NCBI GenBank assembly: GCA_964016885.1
Contig: OZ024746.1
Coordinates: 25,296,001-25,360,000 of the forward strand
Source of the DNA: Eledone cirrhosa
Lineage: Eukaryota
DNA length: 64,000 nucleotides
Direction of reading: 5' to 3'
Positions 1-31,454 of this stretch are shown in pieces (position 1 is the stretch's first letter; the number at the start of each line of letters is the position of its first letter). A program made the position numbers and the translations under genes. The notes beneath the pieces were generated by a model that saw only the letters and a program-made list of their open reading frames with translations, was not told the DNA's origin and searched no databases.

Positions 1-454
1 CATGGATACATTGAAGCTCCGACGCCTGGCAACTGACTTGGTAAACACCCACAAAATTGTTAACCATCTTGCCAACAACAACTCTGAGTACTTTTTTGAT
101 TTCCATGTGTCTAACACATGTGGGTATGCCCACAAAGTCAGAAAACAGCACAGCTCCCATGACTTTCGGAAACATTTTTTCACGCTCAGAGTTGCTGAAG
201 CATGGAACAAACTACCTGCATCGGTTGTTAGCTGTCGAGACACTGCATCCTTTAAGGCCTCCATGCTTCCCCAGATTCGCCAACACTACACCTAATGTTC
301 CCGCTCCATACACATACACACATGTATATCATGACTCATACACTATTCACTTCCCTGACATTTGTGTATTATTCTATGTACTATACATGCACCTTTGACG
401 AGTTGTATTGCACCTGAGCACTGTACACAATAATTTCATTATTTCATTATTATT
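1..454 (+). mobile_element. 3' fragment of CR1-like LINE (RT C-terminus, 3' UTR, (ATT)n tail), cut by window edge
   Basis: ORF 2..295 (LRRLATDLVNTHK...FFTLRVAEAWNKLP) closely matches the C-terminus of the RT ORF at 31703-33523; ends in AATAATTTCATTATT tail. Confidence 0.9.
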
Positions 455-779
455 AAAAGATAGATAGATATCACCATAGTAACACACTAGATAGCAAGTG
501 ACACTTTCCCTGCCAACCTTTGTTGCTGGCTTGTGTGTTCGTTTCTCGAGACACCATTTGTCACATGAGATGTTTTATGTTCAGAAAAATTGTTTGTGAA
601 CCAATTTGTTTGGGATGAGAGGTGTTCATGAACCAAGGTACCACTGTGCAGGTGACACACAAGAGAAATATGATGGAATGGACCTCTGCCAGTTTCAACA
701 ATGTGTGTTCCAGTTGTTCAATCAAGAAGGCAACTTTGTGAAATCAATGTATAAGTGGGTAAGCATTTCACAGACACGT

Positions 780-883
780 GTACTTCGGCAGTACATATAC
801 TAAAGTTGGAATGATACAGAGAAGATTAGCAAGGCTCCTGCGCAAAGATAATACATAAAATTCCTGAAGCATTCCCTATTTTT
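780..883 (+). pseudogene. U6: U6 snRNA retro-pseudogene, fused to an RTE 3' tail
   Basis: CTTCGGCAGTACATATACTAAAGTTGGAATGATACAGAGAAGATTAGC...TATTTTT is collinear with U6; ACAGAGA box and AGC triad kept; many substitutions in the 3' half; embedded in a SINE with no U6 promoter evident. Confidence 0.9.
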
Positions 884-1349
884 AGTCCTACTCATGCTAG
901 CATGGAAAATGGACGTTAAACGATGATGATGATAATGATCCAATGTACCACAATATGTGATATGACTGGTCCTTTGAATTACAGGTACAGTCCATCTGAT
1001 AGGCTTCCGAACAGTTTAAGTCTACCAAATTCCCCTCCTGAGGCTTGATTCAACCTGTGGATATGATAAAAGACACTTGTCCAAGATTCCATGCAGTATA
1101 TTTTAGTGTATTTCATACAGTGACAAATTTAGACTTAGAGAGGCCCCTACTTTTGGAGGCTCCATAGAAAAAGATTATACCAGTGGCATCACAACAAAAA
1201 ATACTTAATCCACCCTGTAAGGTGCTCATGCTTGTGCGATAACCAAAAAATGCCCTGTCCCTCCTGTAAGGTGGTTGTATTGGTGACATGACAAAAACAC
1301 CAGTCCACCCTACAAGCACTCAGTTGACATATAATTCAATATTTTTTAG

Positions 1350-4300
1350 ATATCCAGATAAATGTCCCAAAGTTTGGAACCATAACCTTGGATGTCAGCT
1401 ATGGAGGAGCATTTTATGCAATTTTACCTGCAAGTCAGCTTGGACTTGATCTCAGCAAATCAAAGTTCCGAGAAATTGTTTCAGCAGCTACTTGTGTAAC
1501 TGGTAAGAAAAATTAACTCTCAATATCCTCCAATGATTTGCCAGAAAATGTATAAAAACAGGTTTAATTTAAATGTATCTTCACTACTGGACAGATCAAT
1601 GTGAAAATTTGTAATATTATCTTTTAACATTCTGTAATGGTTTAGGAGAAAATGTCTAAAAGGAGGTTTGCTGATTCAAATGTTTATAGTAACTTTACTA
1701 GTGAACAGATCGTTATGAAAATTTGCAGTATTACAATAAAGACTTCAATTTTTAATGGGATGTAGTCATAGTGCTGTCATATTCTTTTCAAGAATGTCTT
1801 GCTTATGTGATTTCATTTGATACAAAAAAATATTGCAAAACGGTTACATACTAGCTAGAGTGTTAAGCTTATGATTGTAAAGTTGTGAGTTTGATTCCAA
1901 TATCAAGCAGCACATTGTATCCTTGAGCAAAACACTTTATTTCATATTATTTCAGTCCAATCAGCTAGAAAAAATTAGCAGCATTGACACTGGTGCCAAG
2001 CTGTGTTGGTCTTTGCTTTCAACAAAATTGGTGGTGTGAAAAGGATGACTAGCATGCATGGATGACTGCTGGTCTTTCATAAAACACCTTGTCCAGGCTT
2101 AAAGAGGAACTTTCCTGTTGAAAGCCTTTGGTCAGTCATGACCAATGGGGAACAAATACTATAATGTAGCAGAGATGTCCAAAATATAGCGGCCGATGGC
2201 AACTTCTTTTTCCATCTTTTAAGGGTGTTCACCCTCTTTTATTTTTATAGAATTTCTGTGTTTGAGCACTTTCTTTATACTTATATATATATACATATAT
2301 TCTCAGCACTTCAAAAAGTTGTAAATTCGCCTTCATACTTTATTTGTTTATATACTATAATATATTATAGCAGTGATGACTAAAATATATAGATATATAT
2401 AGCAGTGAGGGCTAAAATCTATGGGTATATACTATAATATATTATAGCAACGATTAAAATCTATAGGTATATTCTATAATATACTATAGCAGTCATGACT
2501 AAAATCTATAGGTTTTCTGTAGTAAACTATAACATCAATGAGTTCATTGGTGGGATTTGAAACTCAGATTGTTATTGCATAGAGAGAAACTTAATTTTTG
2601 AATAATGAACCATATCATTATGTTCTTATAATTTGAAGACAAATAAATTGACTTTTAATCTTTTGTTGTTATTGTTGTTTTGATGATGAGTACTTGACCA
2701 ATGGAACAGCCTTCTTATGAATTTAATGTACAAGTGGCTGTGTATTCCACAGACATGTGTACCCTTAATGTAGTTTTCAATGAGCTTCAGCACAGCACAT
2801 TTTCTGATAAAGCTGGCCCTTTCATTTATAGGTACAACTATTTTTTTTTTCAGTGCGTAATGATGAAGATGTACTGGCTGGAATTGAACTCATAACCTTA
2901 TGATTATGAACTGAATACCTTCACCACTAAAACATGTGCCTTTAATTTTTTAAAACATCTTTTCTAATTGTAGAGGCTGTTAAAGAGCAAGAAAAAATAA
3001 TTCATCCTGATAGCCCAGATCTGAGTTTTCTCTATGGAACCATCCTCACAGATGATATGACCCTAGCTACAGATAGTATGATTCCATCTACAGAGGGTAT
3101 AGTCCCAGCTTCAGATGGCAAAGTAATGGCAACAGCAAATATCTGTATTTTTGCTGATGAAGAGGTACAATTAATATTTATCATATATTAGCAGAGTCAT
3201 TATGGGATCAGATAGAATATGATGTGATGTTTGTTCTGGCTCTCTGTGCTCTGAGTTCAAATCCTGCCATGGTCAACTTTGCTTTTCATCCTTTCAGAGT
3301 TGATGAAATATAAATATATAGTGTTTTGGGTCATTTTATCATGGCACCAGCACTAGAGAGGTTGTCATGTACTCAGCATGAATGAAAAGAGTCCTCTCCA
3401 CCATATATTGTCTCTGTTCAGCCACCTGCCACTTTATAGGGTGTACCAGGTAAATTTTATCATGGCACCAACACTAGAAAAGTTGCCAAATCCTTGACAG
3501 GTCCATACAGTCCCCTCTCTCCCCTTTGTTGCCTTGATCTGTAATGAAGAAGAGGTATAATCAATGTTCATCACAGATATTATTATTTTAAAGGCAGAAA
3601 ACTGACAGCATCATTAGAGCATAGGATAGAATATTTTGTTCTGGTTTTCTGAGTTAAAAGTTCAAATTCTGCTAAAGTCAACTATGCCTTTTATCCTTTC
3701 ATGGTTGATGAAATAAAGTGCCAGTCCATGATGGTGGATTTGTGAAATTATTAAAGCATCAAAAGAGATACTTTGTGGTATTTGTTCTGGTAACTTGTGT
3801 TCTGAGTCTCAAATCCCACCAATGGCCAGGGTTATTCACCTGACCACAGGCAGGACCACAACTAATTATGGCAGCTGCAATGGCTGTCTACTACTGCAGT
3901 CTCACCTATGACCAGGTTTATTCAACTAATTATGGAAGCTGCAATAGGTAGAGGAGGATTGTGTCTGTCTGCTTCTGCAGTCAAATGATGATAATGACGA
4001 TAACTTGATACCTTGGCTTCACATCTATTATCCTATAATTCCACCAAGAGTTCATTACCATGGATGGATATTTTAAATTGAGGTTTTGTAATCCCTGTAG
4101 ATAAATTTCATGCTAGTTTTTACATCATATTTTCATGAAGAAAGGTACAACTTAAACACAATTATATACAGTATGTTTCATTGAAAAATTTCTATATATT
4201 TTAGGTGGATCGCTCACCCACAGGTTCAGGTGTTACGGCTCGCATTGCTTTGATGCTTGACAAAGGCCAGGTGAAAATGAACGAAAAAGTACGTTTTATA

Positions 4301-4456
4301 AGTTCAACAACGAAAGGAGAGTTTACAGGTTGTCCTATCAAGAAGGTAAATGCTGGCGTCTGCGTTGAAGTAACTGGTCAAGCATTTTACTGTGGGCAAA
4401 GCACGTTCATTTATGAAAAGGGAGATAAATTAGGAAGAGGCTTCCTTATTCATTAA
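1350..4456 (+). CDS. L3HYPDH: trans-3-hydroxy-L-proline dehydratase (proline racemase family), last three coding exons; 5' exons lie upstream of the window
   Basis: Exons 1350-1502 (LDVSYGGAFYA), 2974-3164 (HPDSPDLSFLYGTILTD...NICIFADEE), 4205-4456 (VDRSPTGSGVTARIAL...GFLIH*); AG/GT boundaries with consistent phases. Confidence 0.92.
2352..2525. repeat. ~44-bp AT-rich tandem repeat (about 4 copies)
   Basis: Repeated TACTATAATATATTATAGCAGTGATGACTAAAATCTATAGG-like units. Confidence 0.7.
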
Positions 4457-4493
4457 TACTGAAAATGTATTAAACCCAACGTCTCTCATCTAT

Positions 4494-4703
4494 TTAACCC
4501 TTTCATGACTGTAATTTTCATTAAATATGCTTTATTTCAAATAATTAATAAAGAATGTGAGTGGTTCACTAAAATTATTAATTATTAATTATTTCAACTT
4601 AAGAATTATGTTGAAAAATTTTAATTGAAACAGGAACAAATTAAAATTGATTGCTTCATTAGCCGAGAGCCAGTTTTGGGCAGGTTAGTATTATATGGGT
4701 TAA
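4494..4703. mobile_element. piggyBac-like MITE
   Basis: TTAA|CCCTTT...GGG|TTAA ends; internal sequence shared with copies near 28447-28686, 37743-37986, 47267-47495 and 62731 onward. Confidence 0.6.
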
Positions 4704-6882
4704 ATATGAACACGTAGTTTAACAGTCAGTGGCTCAACGCCTGCATATCTAAAAAAAATCTGAATCATGTTTGTGAAAGACATCAACTAATAAACTACAA
4801 AAATAAATATTTTACATAATGTATTAAGTGCTTTTTTTTTCTTTTTTTGTGCAGTAACTCATTAGTTTTTAAAATAGTTAAAATTGGGATATATTTAAAT
4901 CAATTTCCAATTCTCCACCAACACTTTTCAATATAGCTTGAATATATATGCTTCTTGTTTTTAACATTATCATCATCTTTATTTAACGTCGTGGCATGTA
5001 TGGGCTAGACGGGTCATTACAGACTAAGTCAGTACTTGATCAAAATTACTATTTTGGTTTTACCATAGTTTCTACAAATAGATGCCTTTCCTAACACCAA
5101 CCGCTTTACAGAGTGCACTGGGTGCATTTTATTTGTTAGGTAGCAAAGAAAGCCTTTTGATGTCCTAGGGAAAGCCAAATAGACTAAGCTGATGATAATC
5201 TGATAAATCATATCTTTAGCATATGTAACTTAAGATTGTCACCTACTTTTACATTATAGCAGTAAGACCTGGAGCCCCCACTCTACACTTCAACACTTAC
5301 CTTCATATTACAGCAGTGAGATATGAAATCTTTACTGTAGATGAGAGTAACACCTCAACAGTTTCTAACTTCACAGTCTGAGACATATCCTGGTCTGACC
5401 AAGTCAGAAATAATGCTGTTGTGGCATATATCCACACCCAGTCTCATTCTGCTTCAACAATAACATCTCCCCTGGATGGGCCACATATATTGCATGCCAG
5501 ATAGGAGGATCTTGAAAGACTCGCTGTAAGGAGAACTGATCTCCAGGAAAAGAATACAAGGATGTCTACAAGAGAGATATGATGTCTTTAGGAATGAAGA
5601 AAGGTGGGGGTGAATATTAAGTGAGCATTTTGACTGTTGGCTGGAACTAAAGAAAGTTTTGGATACATGAGAGAAGAGCCTGAGGATTACTGCTGCAGAA
5701 AAAGTTCATCGTGAAAACATAGTGTATTGAATGCCTTTTATCATGGCACCAGCACTCCCATTTTACAGGATGGAATGGTTGCGTTTTATTGTGACTCCAG
5801 GACTATCATTTTACGATGTTTTAGGTGCGTTTTATGATGGCACAAGAAATATTTTACAAAATATAAAATGAAATTATAGAAACTATCGGAAATTGCATTG
5901 TTTTCATCGCCTCTGACTAAAACGAAAAATAACCGTTTATACTGTCAATATCGTCAAATGTTTTCTCCATATTTTAAAAAGGTGACACTATTGGAAATCA
6001 CAAAATACGAAATATTTTTATGAAGGGTTATTCCCCTTACTAAGGGTACATAACTATTATTTAAATTCTTAAATTTTTTATTTTATTGACAAGCTCAGAC
6101 ATTTGCTCTTATATGTGACAGACAGTTGCCCTCGACTCTCGAATAATCGCCCTGCTCCGCTTATTAATTTTTCATGTTTTTCCATTCCATTCCCCGCTTA
6201 TCAAATTTTGTTAATCTATCCCCGGCAAAATTTAATTTTAATTGTTAGCATTCCTGCGACAATTAACTTTCTTTATACATTAAAAAACATTATATGATAA
6301 TAAAGTACATTACAAGAAACACCATAGGTTATAAAATAAAGAGGATGGGTTGGTGTTACAATATGTAAACTAAACAACTAATTCTGGTTTTAAAAAAAAA
6401 ATCAACGGAGACACCCAAGGAAAATTACCGACTCCGCCACACTCGTCCACCCCCTCTCCCATTGTATGTAAGAACCTCTGGTAAATCTCCCAAATATTTA
6501 ATCGATCTATCTCTGAATAAATATAATAGTATAAAAGTCATTAAATAAAAACACTACTATTACCACGACACTATTGGGGGGGGGGTATTTGTATGTACGT
6601 ATGTGTGTGTCTACGCATGTATATGTTCTAACAGCCCACAGAATATAAGAACAAACTTTTAAAATATTTGATAAGATTGACATATCAATCGAAACCAGTA
6701 ATATTTTACAAAACTTAATTTCATTTAATGTAACAATTATAAAAATATTTATTCTGTCTGATTAAAAAAAGTAGTCTTTAACTATACACCAGTGCTTTTA
6801 CTTTTTACCTATAATTTTCGATTTGTATCGAATTTTATATATATATATATATATGCGTGTGTGTACATAGAAAATTTCGAGA

Positions 6883-6927
6883 ACCGGAAGTTTGCTTTTT
6901 GTATATTTCTGTTTAGAAGCCACGTGA
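6883..6927 (+). promoter_or_regulatory. PRPF19 proximal promoter/5' UTR motifs: ETS box and E-box
   Basis: ACCGGAAGT at 6883-6891 and CACGTGA at 6921-6927, within 65 nt of the ATG; typical housekeeping-promoter motifs, function inferred. Confidence 0.5.
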
Positions 6928-6945
6928 CTTATCAACACAGTAACA

Positions 6946-25029
<18,084 letters not shown>

Positions 25030-26363
25030 TGACCTTCTACTCTGTATGAATGTGTGAGTCTATGTGTCTGTGTGTGTTACAAGTTTATTATGTGTATTGC
25101 AAGTCATGTCAGTTGTGGTAAAGAGCAAGACATCTTGCTAATGTGGATTTCATCAATATTCTAAATTTGACAAAACATGGAATTTAATAAAACAGTTGCT
25201 GTTATGTGTCCTTCTCCAAACCCCCAAATGATAGGATATTTTGTTTTCTAGAGAACATATATACTTTTCTAAGAGCTTCTTATGTAAACTAGTGATCATA
25301 ATATTAAAACCAATCTTGGAATCTATCAGTATGAAGGTTAAGATCAATTACTTTACATAGTGATCATCTATTCACTCCAGTTCATTCCAGAGATTAAGAT
25401 CAATTACTTTACATGCAGGTCATCTATTCACTCTAGTTAGCTTCAGTTTATTCCAGAAAATGTTAAACCTCTCAAGATATTGCCTAATTTCTTTTACAAG
25501 ACAAACATTTCTTCACTGTGCTTCTTTGTCATTAGATTTAAAAATACAGCCATTTGATATATATGCATCAAGATGATGTTAGGTTTTATATAGTTTTAGA
25601 ATTTTCCACTATATTACTTTCTTCAAATTATTTTTCTACAATTTGTAAATTTATTTTTAAATATAATTCTTGAGCTTAATGATTGAAGTGGATAAAAAAA
25701 AATTCAATCCTGTGTTTGATTGTACAAGTGATTACATTTGGCTAAAATTTATGGATATATTCTGTAGTACACTATATACAAACAAAGTGTTGACATGTCG
25801 ATATATACAGACAAGGTGTTTACATCTCTCTATTCATAGTGTTGGTTAAAATCTATAGATATATTATGTAGTAAAGTGCAGTATGCCTCATGTCTTCTAG
25901 GAATGTTTGTTGTCAATTATATATATACACACATTCCAACCTGTTCTTGAGATAGCTCAATTATTTTGGTAATGGTCTGTGGAATTTTGAATTGGCATAT
26001 CTTTGGCTGATGATATATTACATATTGGTGGTTCAAAATTTTAATAACATTATAGACAATTATTACTATGATAGAGGGCGTTTATATTTTACTTTGTATC
26101 CTAATAATGTCTCCCGTTTACAATATAGCCATGCTAAAATCAAATAAAGAATTTTAAGAATCTTTGAAATATTTGGGAAGTGATTGTTTAGTTTGAAGAG
26201 GCAAAATGAGTTACCTTTGATGTCCAATTCTACAAATATAACAGTTGTTTTAGTTTAACTTTCCACCAATTTCTCCATCATTGGTAAAATTTCATTTTTT
26301 TGATATTGTAATATTTTTTCTTTTATTTTTATTACCTTATTAACAGGCTCATCTATCATCTGA

Positions 26364-26407
26364 AATAAAACTGTTAATTATTATAATAACTTTGTTGTGT
26401 TTTTTTA
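26364..26407 (+). terminator. Candidate PRPF19 polyadenylation signal
   Basis: AATAAA at 26364-26369 followed about 20 nt later by GU/U-rich TTTGTTGTGTTTTTTT; alternative AATAAA near 25186 and 26143. Confidence 0.45.
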
Positions 26408-26567
26408 TTATTATTTCTTCTGTGATGGAAATAGAGCTGGGGACAAAGGTTATGAAGATAAAAGAAGTGAGATGAGGAGCAGAGTGACTGTGTGAGAGGA
26501 GTGATTGAAATTAATTTGGAATGTAATGGAAGACCAAAAATGATAAAGCTAAAGATATTGGGGGAGG

Positions 26568-26600
<33 letters not shown>

Positions 26601-29600
26601 TACAGATGATTGCTGAGTGTCAGGAGATCACAATGGAGGTAGCGAAAGCTGAGATTCACAGAAGAGATTATGGAACGCAATGACTGGATACAATATCAAA
26701 ACAATATTGAAACTATTGATACCCGATGGAAATGATATCGAAACAATATCAATACATTATTGATGCAATAGTAGTGAAGGTGGGTGGTTCAGTGGTTAGA
26801 GCGTTGGGTTCACAATTATGTGTTCGATTCTCAAAGTGGATGGTATGTTGTATCCTTGAGCAAGACTTTATTTCATGTTACTCCAGTTCACTCTCCAGGA
26901 GTTTTGTCATCACTGGTGCCAAGCTATATTGGCTTTTGCTTTTCTCTTGGACAACATTAGTGGCATGGAGAGGGGAGACTGGTATGTATGGGCAACTGCT
27001 GGTCTTCCACAAAAACACCTTGGAAGGGAACTTTCTAAGTGCACAACCCATGGTTCATTCATGACCGAAGGATGTCTTTATCATTTTACTTGTTTTAATT
27101 ATTAGATTGCAGTCATACTGGGGCACCACTATTGCCAACATTCAGTGATGTGAAGATCAGAGACATGAGGTGTTCTGCCAAGCAGTGTATCAGTATGTTG
27201 TATATTATAATATTGACTGAAGCCAGAAAAAAGAATAAAAAAAATTGAAGACAGTTTTAAAAATTGGTTTATTCGTAGGAAATTTTGTTCTTTTTTCCAC
27301 ATTGTTTTTGGAACATCTTTCATTGTAGTTTCTACTTGCTAAATAGACCAAACTAAACAATCAAATATTATACAGTGGCACAATTTGAAAGACTTCAGAA
27401 TATTTCAGCACACAAAAATATATTTTGACTATGATTTACTGGGTTTTTTTTGGACATTATTTTAGGAGGGATGTTTTTAAATCTACCACCATACATAACA
27501 TTTTAATAAGGATGGTTTTAGGTCTATTGCCATTTTAGTAAGAGCAATTTTAAATCTACCACGATTTATATCAACATTTTAAGTAAGGAATTGCAACCAG
27601 TAGATAGTATTAGCAATGGAAACATTGTTTCCTTGGTCAAATATGATAATTGGCTTCTTCCCTATTTTTTTTTAGTAAGATGGGTTTTATAATCTATCAC
27701 TATTCTTAACGTTTTAGTAGAGATGGTTTTAATAAAAAACAATTCATATCAATATTTTGTAAGAACACTTAAATCTACCAAAAATCATAGTTTTAAATCT
27801 ACCACTATTCATAGTAATATACCTACAACCATTTATATATATATATATATTTTAGTAGGGGTAGTCATAAATCTGCCACTATTCATAGTAATATATTTAC
27901 AACCATTTATTTTTGTAGGGGTAGTTTTAAATCTACCATTATTCATAATTATATATATATCTACAACTATTATATCAATATTTTATCATTTGAAAGCTCA
28001 AAGGTCAGTTTATTTTTTTAAAATTATTACTTGGAATTTCCCTGCTAAGTGTTCATATTTTAATGTGTAGAAGTAAAGTTGGCCTTCTCAATTATAGTTA
28101 TATAAAAACTAAATATATTTAAACTAGAAAAATGACTTATTTCTGATAGGATCAGTTCCCATAACTATTTCAAGTTAAAATAGGAGAGAGATTTCAGGAA
28201 GATTTGGCTGCTATTGCTAGTGGTTTGAGGTCCCCTCATAAAAATGGAGAATTATGGTGAGAAAACAATTCACTAACAAGAAAAGAGGAAACATGCAACC
28301 TGGTCTGTTTTGGTTTTAGTTTACTTTTTTATTTTGTCAAGGACATTTCTTGTGTTGATGTCATGATAAAATGCACCTAGTACACTCTGTAAAGTAGTTG
28401 GCATTTGGAAAGGCATCCAGCTGTAGAAACACAGTCAAGCAAAGGGTTAACATTTTCATGACTGCATTTCTAATGAAATACACTTTATTTTAATTAATTA
28501 ATGAAGAATATTGAGGGATTTACTAAAATTATCAATAATTTCATTACTAAGGTAATAACTTAATGTAAGGTTCTTATACAAAATTATGTTGGAAGATTTT
28601 AATTTAAATTGGAAACCTTTAAAATGGGTGGTTTTATTTCAAAGAACCAGAGCTGGTTTTGGCTGGGTTGGTAACTAAAGGGTTAAAAGGACTCTTCAGT
28701 TGTGTCTAGAACATAACCTTTCTGGTTCTGGTGCCATGATATGCAAAGTGGATGGTGATAGGAAGGGCATCTGGCTGTAAAAACCATGCCAAATCAGAAA
28801 GTATGTGGGACATGGCTTCTGGGATGACATAGCTTTGATTAAGAGCTCAACCTGTATCAACCCATCAAATCCATGCTAACATGGAAAAACATTAAATGAT
28901 AATAATAATAATGCTGTTTTGAATGTGAGTTGTTTGGCTCCAGGTCATTCCCAATTAAAAATTTATATAATTAAAGGCAATCTAACTATGACCTTTCCAT
29001 CTATTGTTTTGTCCAGATCTAAGTGTATGTAGTACTACATTAATGTACATGTCCTATATTAAGAGAGGAGGGTTGTGATTTGGCTGCTTTTGTCCTAATA
29101 TTATCACATCAATTTTTATTGATGAGTCAACTTCTTAGCACTACTCTTCAATATCTTAGCACTGCTAGTCAATATTTACTGGTGTTCAATATCTTAGCAC
29201 AGCTAGTCAATATTTACTGGTGTTCAATATCTTAGCATTGGTATTTAATATCTTTGATATCAAGCTATGTGAAACTATTTAAACATATTTATATTTATCT
29301 AAAAACTTTCCATCATAATCCCATGTAAGAACCTCTGTTATGTTTCAAACTCTAAATAATGAGTAAATTAGTTATATCACTAAATCCATCTTGATTATTT
29401 TCAAAATTATTTGAAAATCATAATTACCATCTTTCATTAGAAATATATACCATAACAACACCACCACACCCCAATGTTGGCAATAGGCCTAGGTCAGATG
29501 GAAAATATGTTGGACACCAATACTTGTTAGATCAGGAAGAAGGGGCAGTGCCCATGGCCTTCACAGACAAAACCAACCAGTGATATTGATGTTAGTGATC

Positions 29601-31015
29601 TGTTGTAAATCAATACCTGTAGAAAAGACATGAGCATGGGAGGAAGTTCCAGAGGGATGCTATGCCACTTTAGGCAGGTAAGGACTGGGTGTAGTGGTTA
29701 GTGTGGGACCTGGGAGGGCTGGACACAAAATGGATGATGAGGGTGGAGAGATGAGCGAGTCGGGAGTGGTTGAGTGAAGCTGGCACAAGACCAGCCAGCT
29801 CTGAAGAGCAGAGGCCATTGTAGTTATAGTAGAAAAAGGCATGCTATATAGTATATTAGGTTAGAGGAGGTAGAGTTGAATTGTTCAGTCACATTATGAT
29901 GTAGGGGCCTTGTAGTAATGTGGTTAGGGTATTTAAAGGAGTAATATGGCATTGAGGGTGGGAAAAAAGCAAGGCGACAGATTAGGTGTGGCTAACGTCA
30001 GGGGAATTCTTGACCAGGTCTCATAGAAATGTGCCTTTTTTGAAGGAGAGGAATGAAGACTCAAAAAAGATTAGACCAGTGGTTCCCAACGTTTTCACTA
30101 ATAACGACCCCCTTTTATTTAAATAAATTTTCCTACAGACCCATCCTCCCTCCACGACATTGTTACACAATGGTAATAATAATAAAAAGAGAGAAATGTT
30201 TATATTTAGAAAAGAATGGATACACAATAATGTGTATATGTTTTAATGAGGTACTTGAAATTGTTATAAAGTGAGACTAATAACTGACAGGAAATGAGGT
30301 GGTGATGTGTATAGTAGGAGTGGGGTGTGGTAATAAGGTGGTGGTATGTGCGAGTAAAGTAGAGTGTATGGTAGGAATGGAGCAGAGTGTGATAATGAGG
30401 TAAGGGATATGTGAAAGGGAATAGTTAAGAGTTAATAGGTTCAAACAGGTTCAATAGACATATGTGTGAGTGTGTGTAAAGATAAGTAGCTTAATGGTTA
30501 GGGTGTTCAGCTCACAACCACAAGGTGATGAGTTCAATTCCTGGCAGTTTCTTGTGTCCTTGAGCAAGACACTTTATTTCACTTTCAGTCAACTCAGCTG
30601 GCAAAAATGTGTTGTATCTATAATAACAGGGCCAGTCATGCCACATCCTGTATCATGCTGAATCTTCCTGAGAACTACGTTTAGGGTACATGTTTGTAGA
30701 ATACTGAGCCATTTGCTTGTTAATTTCACAAGTAGACTGTTCTGTTAACTGAAACAACTGGAACACTTGTCAGAACTGACAGAGATCCATCATATATATA
30801 TATATTATAAGAATGGTTTTCTGAAGAGGAAATGAAAGAGATCACAGTTAAATACAGTATTCAATGCATTAAATAGAGAAGGTACATGATTTATTTTAGA
30901 TAGAAATGACTTCTACAGGATTCAAACTATTTCATTCATTTGAAATCACCAGGAAAGTTGTGATGATTTTAAACAAAAGAAACAGTTCTAGTCCTTTCTA
31001 TTTGAAATGAATCAT

Positions 31016-31056
<41 letters not shown>

Positions 31057-31454
31057 TGGAGTGGATGCTTTAAATACCAATGTACTCAAACATTAACTGA
31101 ATGAGCACCAAATATTTATGAGCAGAGTGCATCATTTTTTTTCTGAAGAGAAATATGATAGTGACTTCAAAATATCAACTGTTTCTTCATCTAACAGCTA
31201 GAATAGGCAATAACTGAAACTTCAAAGTCACTGCTACTTTTGTCTTCATATAATTTCATTTAGAAGAGACTTTTACAGTTTTAGTACGATTTCATTTGGT
31301 GATGGATGAGACAGTACTTGTCCTGTATAATTCACATCTAAATGAATAGAATTACGTACTCTTTCTACCTAATGTATAGAGTACCTTATCTCAATTGTAG
31401 GTCCCTTCTGTTCTGTAACAACACGATTCTACTATACACAGACTTTTAAATAAT

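Noticed and set aside
780-883. Functional U6 gene
   Set aside because: Multiple substitutions, altered 5' stem, no upstream TATA/PSE evident, embedded in a SINE and fused to a retroelement tail
29590-30060. GC-richer block, possibly a decayed LINE endonuclease or an exon
   Set aside because: No recognisable protein motif or consistent splice pattern
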